From NCBI GenBank assembly GCA_965216875.1, contig OZ244207.1:7520001-7584000 (forward strand): DNA of 64,000 nt, in the 5' to 3' direction. The notes under the pieces are model-generated. The model worked only from the letters and a program-made list of their open reading frames with translations. It did not search any database and was not told the origin of the DNA. Position numbers and translations under genes: made by a program. This stretch comes from Rubripirellula sp. (GTDB taxonomy: Bacteria; Planctomycetota; Planctomycetia; Pirellulales; Pirellulaceae). Positions 1-9,731 of this stretch are shown in pieces. The number at the start of each line of letters is the position of its first letter. Positions within the stretch are counted from its first letter, which is position 1.

Positions 1-1
1 C

Positions 2-1288
2 ATCTTGTCTGTTAGGCAGGAGCTTACCCGCAGCGCCAAGGCCACCGCCGGCCATGGCGCCACCGGCAGCGCTGCCGCTGTCGAGGCTTCGGTCGAGCCT
101 TATCGGTCGGCCGCCCTTCGCTGCTCCATCGCCGGCGATACCCGATTGGACGCCCGCTTTAGAAATGCCAGCGTCAGAAAACTTTTGGTCGGTTGGTCGA
201 GTGATGTCACTGGCGTCAGGCAGGACGCTCATGGCTGATGCACGCTGCGAAGGTGCTGTGCGTCCCCGGGAAAGCTGGTCGGGTGCATTCTCGTCAGTTT
301 TGGGGGCGTTTCTGCTTTGGACATTTCTACTTCGAGGCTTGCTGCTTTGGGCCTTGCTGCGGATGGCGTCAAGTTCAGCGTTTGTCTCGTATCGATTCGG
401 CTCGATCGATTCGTCACGTCCGTTGCTACCAGCGGCTTCGCCATCGACCTTCATCGAATAGAGTTGGTTTCGCTCCTGCCCTCGAATCTTTTCGACCGAA
501 CCCAATTTGTCAGCAGCGACCTGGGAACGATTGGTGCTCGCTGAGCCGCGCCCGTCGGGGTCGGTCGAAACGGGGGCTTCCGAGACGGCGGCTTGGGCAT
601 CCGCCATTTCTGAAAGTGGTTCTTCCGCAAAGGGCGCATCGTTTGCTTTGAGAGTTTGAGCTTGAGTTTCCGTTGCTAGTTCGGCGATCAGCGGCGTGAC
701 GGATTCGGGATCGGCTGCTTCAAGATCAACCGCATCGAGTTGGTTCAGTTTGCGGGTCGGGGCCACAAAGCCTCCACTTTCGACGACCGCCAAACCACGC
801 GCTGCCTCGTTGTCCGATTCGATTGCACGAAGGTCGCTGTTGGAATCAGCGGCGGCCTCATTTTCGGCCAGCGATTGATCAGACGTAGGTTCGTCCGGTT
901 TCTCGAAGACTTGCGAAACATTCAAATCCGTCTCGTGCCGATTCAACCACGGCGCTAATCCAACCAAGACCAACAGCACTGCTGCGGCGGCAAGGACGGT
1001 TCCCCACACCTTCCACGCCGGAGGGCTGCTTGGCGGAAGTGCCGTGGATGGAGCGGGCATGGCTTCTCCGGCACGAATCGCTTCACGGCGTTCGTCGTCC
1101 AGGGGTGGCATCTCTTCGGAGGTGTACAGGTCAATCAATTGACCGGTGACACTGCGTGCTTCTTCCACAGCAGCTGCGAGATTCGAATCGGATTGCATTT
1201 CCGTTTCGAACGCGGCACGCTCGGCATCATCAAGCTCTTCAAGCACGTAGGCGGTGATACGTGGATCGTTCCAGGGTGATTCGGACAT
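2..1288 (-). CDS. Membrane-anchored anti-sigma-like protein, 3' end outside window (planctomycete homologues often end in a vWA domain)
   Basis: Not in ORF track. Manual reading from ATG at 1288 gives MSESPWNDPRITAYVLEELDDAERAAFE (anti-sigma-like N-terminus), a TM segment VWGTVLAAAAVLLVLVGLAPWL and a long low-complexity linker open to the window edge. Directly downstream of an ECF sigma gene. Confidence 0.7.
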   Translation of the reverse strand, partial: MSESPWNDPRITAYVLEELDDAERAAFETEMQSDSNLAAAVEEARSVTGQLIDLYTSEEMPPLDDERREAIRAGEAMPAPSTALPPSSPPAWKVWGTVLAAAAVLLVLVGLAPWLNRHETDLNVSQVFEKPDEPTSDQSLAENEAAADSNSDLRAIESDNEAARGLAVVESGGFVAPTRKLNQLDAVDLEAADPESVTPLIAELATETQAQTLKANDAPFAEEPLSEMADAQAAVSEAPVSTDPDGRGSASTNRSQVAADKLGSVEKIRGQERNQLYSMKVDGEAAGSNGRDESIEPNRYETNAELDAIRSKAQSSKPRSRNVQSRNAPKTDENAPDQLSRGRTAPSQRASAMSVLPDASDITRPTDQKFSDAGISKAGVQSGIAGDGAAKGGRPIRLDRSLDSGSAAGGAMAGGGLGAAGKLLPNRQD

Positions 1289-1367
1289 CGTTTGTCTCGT
1301 GACGTTCTGGGTTGCCGACCATTTGGGCCGACGTTGTTGTGGCGGTGCGGGGTGAAAGGAGAGGCGG

Positions 1368-1880
1368 CTAACTCACAGCCAGCGAGTCGCGCAGGTTGCG
1401 AACCGCTTCGTGTAAGTGAAAGCCAACGTTGCCGATCGTCAGTCCCGTGACCTCGGCGATCTCTCGGTAACTCAACCCCGCTTGCATGCGAAGACGTAAG
1501 ACTTCCTGTTGGCGTGGCGACAACGTGCCAACCAACTCATTGAGATGGACTTTGTCTTCGGCGTCACTGGCGACCTGTTCGGCGCCCGGCGACGGGTCGG
1601 CGACGGTGACCTGACTGGCGTCGATCGGCGTCGCGTGTTTGGTTCGTTGCATGTCGATCACTCGGCTCCGGCAAACGGAAAAAAGCCAGGCAGCGACGCG
1701 CGATTCGATCTTCTCTCGATCTTCGCGACACAGCCGCAGGAAAGTTTCCTGCACCGCGTCCTGTGCTCCCTGCCAATCACCGCCAAGCATGCGATTGGCA
1801 TACGCAAGCAGCGGCCGCTCGTAGCGGTCTACGAGACGGTCCACGGCATCGGCCGGCCAGTCAGATGCGTTTTTGGTCAT
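1368..1880 (-). CDS. ECF RNA polymerase sigma-70 factor
   Basis: Region 2 (AQDAVQETFLRL...AAWLFSVCRSRVID) and region 4 (LSPRQQEVLRLR...GLSYREIAEVTG); start placed at MTKNASDW. Confidence 0.92.
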   Translation of the reverse strand: MTKNASDWPADAVDRLVDRYERPLLAYANRMLGGDWQGAQDAVQETFLRLCREDREKIESRVAAWLFSVCRSRVIDMQRTKHATPIDASQVTVADPSPGAEQVASDAEDKVHLNELVGTLSPRQQEVLRLRMQAGLSYREIAEVTGLTIGNVGFHLHEAVRNLRDSLAVS

Positions 1881-2215
1881 TGCGGAGATGTCAGAGGAGA
1901 CAACGCGGTTCAAACACGACAACGAGACGTCGGGCGGTTTTGTTAGGGACGAAGCAAGAAATTGGTGCCACCACCTCCGAGTTTTCCTGCTTTTCACATG
2001 CAAAAAGTCGCCTTTTCACCCGCCCCATTGTGGCCTGCGACAATCCGGGACGCCACGAACCGGCCCTTCGATCCGAGTTTGGGTTTGACGCCGAGATGCG
2101 ACCCCCGCTATTCCAATCTTTGAAAAGTGACGGTTGATCGGTCTCGAATGCGAATTCTTCGTTTTCTCGACCCCCTACCGATCCAAATGAATCCGGCCAA
2201 CCACGGAAGGTTGAT

Positions 2216-3376
2216 ATGACCACCCCTTCAGATAACGTCCCCCTGCTGGACATTAATCTCGATAACAAACCCTATCGCGAAGAGTTTATCGAAGCTCTGA
2301 CCGCAGTCGTTGATAGCGGACGCTTCCTCTTTGGCCCCGATGTGGTCGAACTCGAACGCGAAGTTGCGGCCTACAGCCAAGTCGAAAACGCCGTCGGCTG
2401 TGCCTCGGGAAGCGACGCCCTCTTGCTATCATTGATGGCTCTTGGGATCGGGCCGGGCGATGAAGTGATCGTTCCGAGCTTCACCTTCTTTGCTTCGGTC
2501 AGCTGCATCACACGTCTTGGGGCGACCCCCGTCTTTGTCGACATCCGCCCTGACACGTTCAACATCGACACCTCGAAAATTGAAACGGCGATCACCGCCA
2601 ACACCAAAGCGATCATCCCGGTTCACCTGTTTGGCCAGTGTGCCGAAATCGATCGGATCTGCCAAATCGCAGGCGATCGCGATATTCCGGTGATCGAAGA
2701 CGCAGCTCAATCGATCGGTGCAGCGTACCACTCGCGGCCAGCGGGTAGCTGGGGCACGGTTGGCTGTTTCAGCTTTTATCCCACCAAGAATCTCGGCGGG
2801 ATGGGCGACGGCGGCATGATGACCTCGGGTGACGCGTCGACTGCAGACCGCTTGCGACTGTTCGCCGGTCACGGCATGCGGCCTCGTTACTACCACCAAG
2901 TGGTTGGAATCAACAGCCGTCTCGATACCTTCCAAGCAGCCGTGCTTCGCATCAAATTGCGGCATCTGCCGGAAGCCATCGAGTCACGCACGAACATTGC
3001 GGCTCGCTACAACCGAATGCTATCCGAAGCTCATCTGGTCGCCGAGGATCAGATCACCCTGCCCGTCCAGGACCCGAATGCGTTCCACGTCTGGAACCAA
3101 TTCTCGATCCGTGTCGCTGGTGAACGCCGCGATTCGCTGAGGTCGTATCTGGCCGAAAATGGCGTTGGCAGCGAGATCTATTATCCAGTTCCAATGCACC
3201 AACAAGAGTGTTTCGCGTACCTGAACGTCGATGGCAGCAACCTGCCGGAGACCGAGCGTGCGAGCAAAGAAATCTTGAACCTGCCGATCTTCCCTTCAAT
3301 GACCGAGGCTCAACAGCATCGAGTCGTCGAGGTGATCGCGAACTTCTACGCCAGCGGAGCGAAGATGGCCGCCTAA
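2216..3376 (+). CDS. DegT/DnrJ/EryC1/StrS family PLP-dependent aminotransferase
   Basis: Motifs SGSDAL, VIEDAAQSIG, FSFYPTKNLGGMGDGG, GINSRLD. Confidence 0.95.
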   Translation: MTTPSDNVPLLDINLDNKPYREEFIEALTAVVDSGRFLFGPDVVELEREVAAYSQVENAVGCASGSDALLLSLMALGIGPGDEVIVPSFTFFASVSCITRLGATPVFVDIRPDTFNIDTSKIETAITANTKAIIPVHLFGQCAEIDRICQIAGDRDIPVIEDAAQSIGAAYHSRPAGSWGTVGCFSFYPTKNLGGMGDGGMMTSGDASTADRLRLFAGHGMRPRYYHQVVGINSRLDTFQAAVLRIKLRHLPEAIESRTNIAARYNRMLSEAHLVAEDQITLPVQDPNAFHVWNQFSIRVAGERRDSLRSYLAENGVGSEIYYPVPMHQQECFAYLNVDGSNLPETERASKEILNLPIFPSMTEAQQHRVVEVIANFYASGAKMAA

Positions 3377-3413
3377 GGCCACAGCGACCGAAAACTTGGA
3401 AACAGCCCGTGAG

Positions 3414-3459
3414 CGGGTGGGTCTGGTGCGAACCGCGCCGGACCCACCCGTTTTCTTTT
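3414..3459 (+). terminator. Intrinsic terminator after aminotransferase
   Basis: Hairpin CGGGTGGGTCTGGTGCG-aac-CGCGCCGGACCCACCCG followed by TTTTCTTTT. Confidence 0.7.
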
Positions 3460-3486
3460 GGGTTCGACTCCAGCGAGTTCATCAAG

Positions 3487-3638
3487 GTGAGCCGCGATCG
3501 CGTAAGCGGCCGGGCCTTGTACGCATTGCGCGTGTGACTGGGGCCCGAGGCCTTACGGCCAGCGGCTCACGGGCGCGGAAGAGCGTGGAAGAGCCAGACG
3601 CCGGATCTGCGTCGCTGTCGCTCCTTGATTCGGCCTAC
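3487..3638. repeat. REP-like cluster: two inverted family-A variants plus one enterobacterial-like REP
   Basis: GTGAGCCGC...CGGGC at 3487-3515, inverted copy at 3543-3570; GCCGGATCTGCGTCGCTGTCGCTCCTTGATTCGGCCTAC at 3600-3638 (near-identical reverse complement at 9644-9683). Confidence 0.7.
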
Positions 3639-3644
3639 GCGCAT

Positions 3645-3683
3645 AAAAAAATCGCTCCTCTGCATTTGGCAAAGGAGCGATTT
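3645..3683 (-). terminator. Intrinsic terminator of fusA
   Basis: AAATCGCTCCT...AGGAGCGATTT hairpin preceded by an A-run on + (U-tract on -). Confidence 0.75.
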
Positions 3684-3711
3684 GCTGTTTTGCGAATGAT
3701 CGTGCAGGAGC

Positions 3712-5796
3712 TTACTTGGCGCCAACCAATTGTTGCTTCTTCGCTTCGATGATCTCTTCTTGGATGTTGCTTGGAGTTTGGCGATAGGAAGCCAACTCCA
3801 TGCTGAACGTCCCTTGACCTTGAGTCATCGAACGCAGGTCGGTTGCATAACCGAAGGTTTCTGCGAGAGGGATTTCCGCTTTGATGACGCTCGAGCCTTC
3901 GATGATGTCGTTGCTGGTCATGATTCCACGTCGCTTGGTGATGTCACCGACGACCGAACCTTGGAACGACTCAGGGCACTCGATTTCGACGTTCATGATC
4001 GGCTCGAGCAACTTGGGAGCCGCTTGCTTGAAGTATTCGCGGAAGCAACCTTGAGCACAGGTGTAGAAGGCTTTTTCCGACGAGTCGACTTCGTGGAAGC
4101 TACCGTCGTCGAGATCGATTCGAGTTCCCACCACGGGGTATTCGGCGACAGGGCCTTTGCCCAGGATGTCGCGGAAGCCCTTTTCGATCGCTGGGATGTA
4201 TTGCTTGGGAATACGACCACCAACGATGTGCTCTTCAAACTCGAAGCTGTCTTCGGAGTCCGATTCGATCGGGCTGAGCTTGCCAACGATGTGGGCGAAT
4301 TGACCCGAACCACCACTTTGCTTCTTGTGCTTGTAGTTGAATTCGACGGCCTTGGTTGGGCTCTCGCGGTAGCTCACCTTTGGAGCACCGACTTCGATGT
4401 CGACGCCGTACTCTCGGCGAATGCGTTCGATGTAAACTTCCAAGTGAAGTTCACCCATTCCCGAGATCAAGATCTCTTTGGTTTCTTCGTCACTGAAGAC
4501 ACGGAAGGTTGGGTCTTCTTTGCGGAAGCGTTGAAGAGCCTTGCCCATCTTGTCGCCATCGCCACGGTTGACAGGATTGACGGCGATCTTGATCACTGGA
4601 TCGGGAACGAACATTGACTCGAGTGTGCACTGGTCACGTTCGGCGGCGTAGGTGTCACCACTGGCCGAGTCGATGCCCATCACCGCGATGATGTCGCCGG
4701 CGGTTGCGGTGTCGATTTCCTCACGCTTGTCACTGTGCATCTTGACCAAGCGGCTGAAGCGTTCTTTGCGACCCGTACGCTGGTTGACGTAGGTGCCACC
4801 TTTTTCGATCGTGCCTTGGTAGATACGCATGAACGTCAGCTGACCGAATTGGTCATCGACGATCTTGAACGCCATGCCAACGAATGGTGCGTCGGCGTCT
4901 GGCTTGAGTTCGATCTTCTTGTCTTCGTCCTTCGGGTCGGTACCGCTGATGTCACGATCGAGCGGGCTCGGAAGGTAACGAACCACGGCGTCAAGCAGTG
5001 GCTGAACGCCTTTGTTCTTGAAGGCCGTCCCCATGTAGACGGGAGTCGCACCGCCGAGGACAGCATCACGAGTGACCTTGTAGATCAACTCCTTGGAAAC
5101 TTCTTCTTCGCTGAGAAGCAGTTCCATCATTTCGTCGTTGTACATCGAAAGCGCTTCGAGCATGTTCATGCGAGCGGCTTCGACTTCGTCTTTCAAATCG
5201 TCTGGCACAGGACCTTCGACGATTTCCTCACCCTCTGCGCCGGCGTGAGTCAGGGACTTCATTTCGATCAGGTCGACAACACCTTGGAAGTTTTCTTCTG
5301 CACCGATTGGGTACTGCATCAAGAAAGCTTCGGCACCCAACTTGTCGCGAAGTTGTTCGACAACGCGGAAGGGGTTTGCACCGGTGCGGTCCATCTTGTT
5401 GATGAACGCAACGCGAGGCACTTGGTAACGTTTCATTTGGCGGTCGACAGTGATCGATTGGCTTTGCACGCCACCGACACTGCAGAGCACGAGGACAGCA
5501 CCGTCAAGAACACGCAGCGAGCGTTCCACTTCGACGGTAAAGTCAACGTGGCCGGGGGTGTCGATCAAGTTGATCGGGTAACCGTTGTATTCGACGCTGG
5601 TTGCGGCACTGGTGATCGTGATCCCACGCTCGCGTTCCAGTTCCATGTGGTCCATCGTCGCGCCGTCGCCATCGCCGCGAACTTCTTCGATTTTGTGAAT
5701 CCGTCCGGTGTAATACAGGATGCGTTCGCTCAGGGTCGTTTTTCCCGAGTCAATGTGAGCGCTAATCCCGATGTTCCGTAGTTTCTCCAGACTCAT
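3712..5796 (-). CDS. fusA: Elongation factor G
   Basis: RNIGISAHIDSGKTT, RGITITSAAT, DTPGHVDF, NKMD, GMGELHL, GSFHEVDSSE, LRSMTQG. Confidence 0.97.
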   Translation of the reverse strand: MSLEKLRNIGISAHIDSGKTTLSERILYYTGRIHKIEEVRGDGDGATMDHMELERERGITITSAATSVEYNGYPINLIDTPGHVDFTVEVERSLRVLDGAVLVLCSVGGVQSQSITVDRQMKRYQVPRVAFINKMDRTGANPFRVVEQLRDKLGAEAFLMQYPIGAEENFQGVVDLIEMKSLTHAGAEGEEIVEGPVPDDLKDEVEAARMNMLEALSMYNDEMMELLLSEEEVSKELIYKVTRDAVLGGATPVYMGTAFKNKGVQPLLDAVVRYLPSPLDRDISGTDPKDEDKKIELKPDADAPFVGMAFKIVDDQFGQLTFMRIYQGTIEKGGTYVNQRTGRKERFSRLVKMHSDKREEIDTATAGDIIAVMGIDSASGDTYAAERDQCTLESMFVPDPVIKIAVNPVNRGDGDKMGKALQRFRKEDPTFRVFSDEETKEILISGMGELHLEVYIERIRREYGVDIEVGAPKVSYRESPTKAVEFNYKHKKQSGGSGQFAHIVGKLSPIESDSEDSFEFEEHIVGGRIPKQYIPAIEKGFRDILGKGPVAEYPVVGTRIDLDDGSFHEVDSSEKAFYTCAQGCFREYFKQAAPKLLEPIMNVEIECPESFQGSVVGDITKRRGIMTSNDIIEGSSVIKAEIPLAETFGYATDLRSMTQGQGTFSMELASYRQTPSNIQEEIIEAKKQQLVGAK

Positions 5797-6648
5797 AGTT
5801 TTCACCTAAACGGTAACAAGCCTCTTCATTCCCAAGTTGGCGGACACGATCAACGCGCGTGTCAGAATTGAGGACGACGCCACGAGGATGGGAGGCAGGT
5901 CTTTTCGTGTTGGCTTGCCGTGTTCGGCGGCAAGCATTCTGTGTTGTTTTGTTGTGGTTTCGGTAGGACCGCGATTGATTGGATCGAGCCACCGAGCGGC
6001 TGTACCCATTCAGCGATCATTCCTACTGGCATCTCAGTGGTTTTCCCTACCGGAAATCATCAAAGGGCACCAGCGTAATTGCCGGTTTTTCCCTCGCACG
6101 ACTGGCAGACTGGTCATGACAGCAAATGCACCGAGGAAGCACCTTTTGAGGGTTTGGGGGTCAAAAGGTGAAGTTCTCGCGTGCGGCGGACCGATTCTGG
6201 TGGGACCATCCTCTCTTTCTGGGACACCACCGCCAAAAACTCGGTTCCGAGCGATTGGGCAGGGGTGACGAAAGAGACCTGATTTTCAAACGATTGACTT
6301 GGAACGTCTTGGCTCGTTTGAACCCAGTGGTTGGCCGTCGAGAACGTGATCCCATTCCCACGCGCGGGAACGTCTAGGAAATATGGCAAAGGTTTGCCGT
6401 GATGGAAAGGGCAAATCTTGGTCCAATTTCCCCTTGCGAGCGAGAAACCGGGTCGACATACTTTCGGACCTGCCTTCGTTCGACCCGCAATTCATGAAGG
6501 TTTTGCGAGTCCTGAGGAGGCAATTTTTTTCGGCGAGCCGGAGAATGTCCCCCTAAGCCAGTCTCAAGGTGCGGGATTTGGTCATTCTGTGGACACTCAG
6601 CCACTCCGGCCGATCAGACCGTTCGCCTCAACAGCAAGAGAATACCCT

Positions 6649-6927
6649 ATGCCTCCTCGTCCTATGAGCACGCGAAGCCGAGCTCGAAAACGCTCGCGCG
6701 TCCGCTCGCGTACGAAAAAGAAAGATCCCATTTTCGTCGATGGCCAGCGTCCACGTCCGATGTACGTTGACTATAAGGACATCGAACTGCTCAAGAAAAT
6801 GGTCAATCGCCAAGGCCGTATCGTTGGTCGTCGCAAGAGCGGTTGTACCGCCGCCAGCCAACACGCGGTCAGCGCCGCGATCAAACGGGCTCGCTTCATG
6901 GCTCTGCTGCCATACGTTGGCGAGTAA
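6649..6927 (+). CDS. rpsR: 30S ribosomal protein bS18
   Basis: VDYKDIELLKKMVNRQGRIVGRRKSG...AIKRARFMALLPY; ATG at 6649. Confidence 0.95.
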   Translation: MPPRPMSTRSRARKRSRVRSRTKKKDPIFVDGQRPRPMYVDYKDIELLKKMVNRQGRIVGRRKSGCTAASQHAVSAAIKRARFMALLPYVGE

Positions 6928-6972
6928 CGAGTCGCCAGCGCTGCCAAGGGCCACCATCGCCCAGTAAAATAG

Positions 6973-7006
6973 GCGAAGGAACGATTTGACGTTCCTTCGC
7001 TTTTTT
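6973..7006 (+). terminator. Intrinsic terminator of rpsR
   Basis: GCGAAGGAACG-atttga-CGTTCCTTCGC followed by TTTTTT. Confidence 0.8.
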
Positions 7007-7040
7007 CTTGTCTGCTCCGCTTTTCCCCGCTGATGGTGCG

Positions 7041-7478
7041 ATGGCGTTCTCGACCAAACGACGTATCGAGTTTCGTGATACCGATGCCGCGGGAATCGTC
7101 CACTTTTCGGCCTTTTTTCCGATGATGGAAGCGGCCGAGCATGAAATGCTTCGTTCGTTGGGCATCGAGATTTTGCCCGACGAACCGACCTCCGACGATG
7201 CGACCAATGACACGCTGCCGCCGCTGACGTGGCCGCGAGTCTCCGCATCATGCATCTACAACGCCGCCGCCCGCTTCGAAGACTTGCTGACCATCTCGGT
7301 CACGGTGGCCAAAATCGGCAACAGCAGCGTGAAGTACGAGTTTGTCTTTTCCCGCGATGACGAACTGATCGCCGAGGGACGCATCACCGCAGTCTGTTGC
7401 GAGCTGCTGACCGGCGGACGGCTGAAAAAGCACGTCATTCCCGATTCCGTTCGTGAACGTTTGCTGCGGCATCAGTAA
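7041..7478 (+). CDS. Acyl-CoA thioesterase (4HBT/YbgC hotdog family)
   Basis: IEFRDTDAAGIVHF motif; ARFEDLL; IGNSSVKYEF. Confidence 0.9.
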   Translation: MAFSTKRRIEFRDTDAAGIVHFSAFFPMMEAAEHEMLRSLGIEILPDEPTSDDATNDTLPPLTWPRVSASCIYNAAARFEDLLTISVTVAKIGNSSVKYEFVFSRDDELIAEGRITAVCCELLTGGRLKKHVIPDSVRERLLRHQ

Positions 7479-7554
7479 TCTGGTCTCGAATCGTAGCGAT
7501 CGCCCTCGTCCTCATGGTCCCGGTGGAAACGGACGCTCTGCCGCTGTGATGTTC

Positions 7555-7703
7555 GTGAGCCGAACGCGCTAGCGTCGGGCATTTCAGGGGTTGGGCCTTT
7601 CACTCGGTTGGATGGAATGCGAACGCCCGTCATGCGGAGCATGACCTACGAAGAGGACGCGGAGCGTCCGAAAGTGCGTTACCACGCGGAGCGGGGTAAC
7701 GAG
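7555..7703. repeat. Mosaic REP cluster (families A, B, D)
   Basis: A GTGAGCCGAACGCGCTAGCGTCGGGC 7555-7580; B GTCATGCGGAGCATGACCTAC 7629-7649; D 7650-7703; same arrangement at 50261-50393. Confidence 0.85.
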
Positions 7704-7874
7704 GGCGAGAGAGCGAAGCATCAGGTAACGAGGTCCTGACCAGTGGATCTCGCTACCGCGAAAAGCGGTAAACCGCTACGCTGCTGGCCGCGTAATGATG
7801 CAAGCGGCCGGCAAGACTCCGTTGCACCGCACCTTATTCCCAACTTGTCGTGAACCATTCGAACGGACGTTGGC

Positions 7875-9557
7875 GTGATCGCATTGGCTCTTCCCCTCGC
7901 CATCGAACTTCCGTTGCTTGCAGTGGTTGGCGCATGCCTGGGGGCCCTCGCCAATTGCGTCCTCTTCGCCTGCATGAACGTTGTTCACTTGACCAACCCT
8001 TGGGCTCCCATCGAAGAGCCGCGCGGTCGCGACAAGCTGGAACAGAAAAACCAGAAGCCGCATGACTTTGCGCCACGCACGACAGCGGATCGCATTCCGA
8101 TCATCGGTTGGTTGCTTCTGCGGCGCGAGTCGAGTCAGCGGAGTTGCTGTTTTTGGGTGTGCCCCTTGCTGTTGGAGGTGGCTTTCGCGATCGCGCTACC
8201 GTTGCTCGTATGGTGGAACCCTGCGACGTTTTTTGCCGACGCTTACGCACTGTGGGACGGCTGGCCGCTTGGCTTGCAGTACTTCCTACTTGCCTGTGAC
8301 GGGTTGTTGGCCGGCGCACTGGCCAACTATGTCATCTACACCCAAGCGTTTTCTCCGCGGCCGATCGATCCTTGGTCACCCAAACACGATGATGCTCCGC
8401 CACGTTCATGGACCGATCGCATTCCAGTGATTGGTTGGTTGGGGCTTCGCCGTGAGTCGTCGATTCATGGCAACGGGTTTTGGGTGCGGCCGCTCTTGAT
8501 TGAACTGTCGCTCGCCACAGCACTGCCGGCGCTTTACTGGTACGAAACACAAGCGGGCGGGATCTTTCCCGTCGTTGCACGACAGGATGCGATTCTTTCC
8601 GTCTTCCAGCCCTGGACGATGGACATCTTCGTTGGGCATGGAATCCTTTTGGTTTTGATGACGGCGGCCACCTTCATCGACTTTGATGAAAAGACCATTC
8701 CGGATGTGATCACTTTACCTGGCACGATCATCGGCTTGGTATTGTCGGCGATGATCGTTCCGATTGGCACCAAGAGTCTCAATGGGTTCATGCCGACGGC
8801 ATTGCCAATCTGCCAAGAGGTCGAACAGGTCATCCCAACCACATTCGATTCGCCTTGGTTCGAACAGTATGTGGGCAGCAAGTGGGAGGGATCGACAGGA
8901 CTTTGGACGGGCCTCGCGATTTGGACTGTCTTCTGTTTTGCCTATGCGGATCGTCGATTCACTGGAGTGATGCTAAGACGTCGTGGCCTCAGCAAGACGA
9001 TCGAGTTTTTCTTTGCCGCGCTGTTTCACCACTGGACCTGGAAACTGTTGGCCGTACTTTGGATGGTTGGTCTGGTTGCCGTCAGCACCGTTTGGAATGT
9101 GGGCGATGAGAGTTGGCGCGGCTTGCTCAGCGGTTTGGTTGGATTGGCGGTCGGCGGAGGAACGATCTGGGCGATTCGAATCGTCGGTTCGGCCGCGATG
9201 CAGCGTGAAGCGATGGGGTTTGGTGATGTGACGCTGATGGCGATGGTCGGTGCCTTCATCGGCTGGCAAGGTTCACTCGCGGCCTTCTTCCTTTCCCCTT
9301 TTGCCGCAATCGCCATCGTTGCTCTGCGGTGGGTCGTCACCCGCGATACACAAGTGCCATTCGGTCCTTATTTGTGCGCAGGCACGATGTTGACGATCTT
9401 GTTTTGGGATCGTGTTTACAACCAAGCCCTGGCGTGCAACTTCTATCTGCTTGGCACGATCGTGATCTGGGTCGCCGTTGCCATGTTGGGACTGATGGGC
9501 GTGATGTTGTTCGCCCTCCAGCTAATCAAGAGCCTGGTGCGTGGCCGCTCGCGGTGA
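7875..9557 (+). CDS. A24 family prepilin peptidase (PilD-like) with duplicated N-terminal domain
   Basis: Catalytic Asp motifs ATFIDFDEKTIPD and MGFGDVTLMAMVGAFIGW, C-terminal VPFGPYL; multiple TM segments. Confidence 0.88.
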   Translation: MIALALPLAIELPLLAVVGACLGALANCVLFACMNVVHLTNPWAPIEEPRGRDKLEQKNQKPHDFAPRTTADRIPIIGWLLLRRESSQRSCCFWVCPLLLEVAFAIALPLLVWWNPATFFADAYALWDGWPLGLQYFLLACDGLLAGALANYVIYTQAFSPRPIDPWSPKHDDAPPRSWTDRIPVIGWLGLRRESSIHGNGFWVRPLLIELSLATALPALYWYETQAGGIFPVVARQDAILSVFQPWTMDIFVGHGILLVLMTAATFIDFDEKTIPDVITLPGTIIGLVLSAMIVPIGTKSLNGFMPTALPICQEVEQVIPTTFDSPWFEQYVGSKWEGSTGLWTGLAIWTVFCFAYADRRFTGVMLRRRGLSKTIEFFFAALFHHWTWKLLAVLWMVGLVAVSTVWNVGDESWRGLLSGLVGLAVGGGTIWAIRIVGSAAMQREAMGFGDVTLMAMVGAFIGWQGSLAAFFLSPFAAIAIVALRWVVTRDTQVPFGPYLCAGTMLTILFWDRVYNQALACNFYLLGTIVIWVAVAMLGLMGVMLFALQLIKSLVRGRSR

Positions 9558-9601
9558 GCACGCTTGCACCGTTCGTGGGCCCGCGATTAGACCGAATGCG
9601 A

Positions 9602-9725
9602 GAAGATTCCGGCTAAAGCTCGGTACTACGAACGACAGGGCCTGTAGGCCGGATCAAGGAGCGACAGCGACGCAGATCCGGCATCTACTGGCGTGAGAGG
9701 CCCGACGCTAACGCGTTCGGCTCAC
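9602..9725. repeat. Mosaic REP cluster (partial family C, enterobacterial-like REP, family A)
   Basis: TTCCGGCTAAAGCTCGGTACTAC ~9607-9629; GTAGGCCGGATCAAGGAGCGACAGCGACGCAGATCCGGCA 9644-9683; inverted A 9700-9725; lies between convergent genes. Confidence 0.8.
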
Positions 9726-9731
9726 AAGAAA

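Noticed and set aside
3730..5781. Long + strand ORFs (295 and 348 aa) opposite fusA
   Set aside because: Antisense shadows of a codon-biased gene; no recognisable motifs.
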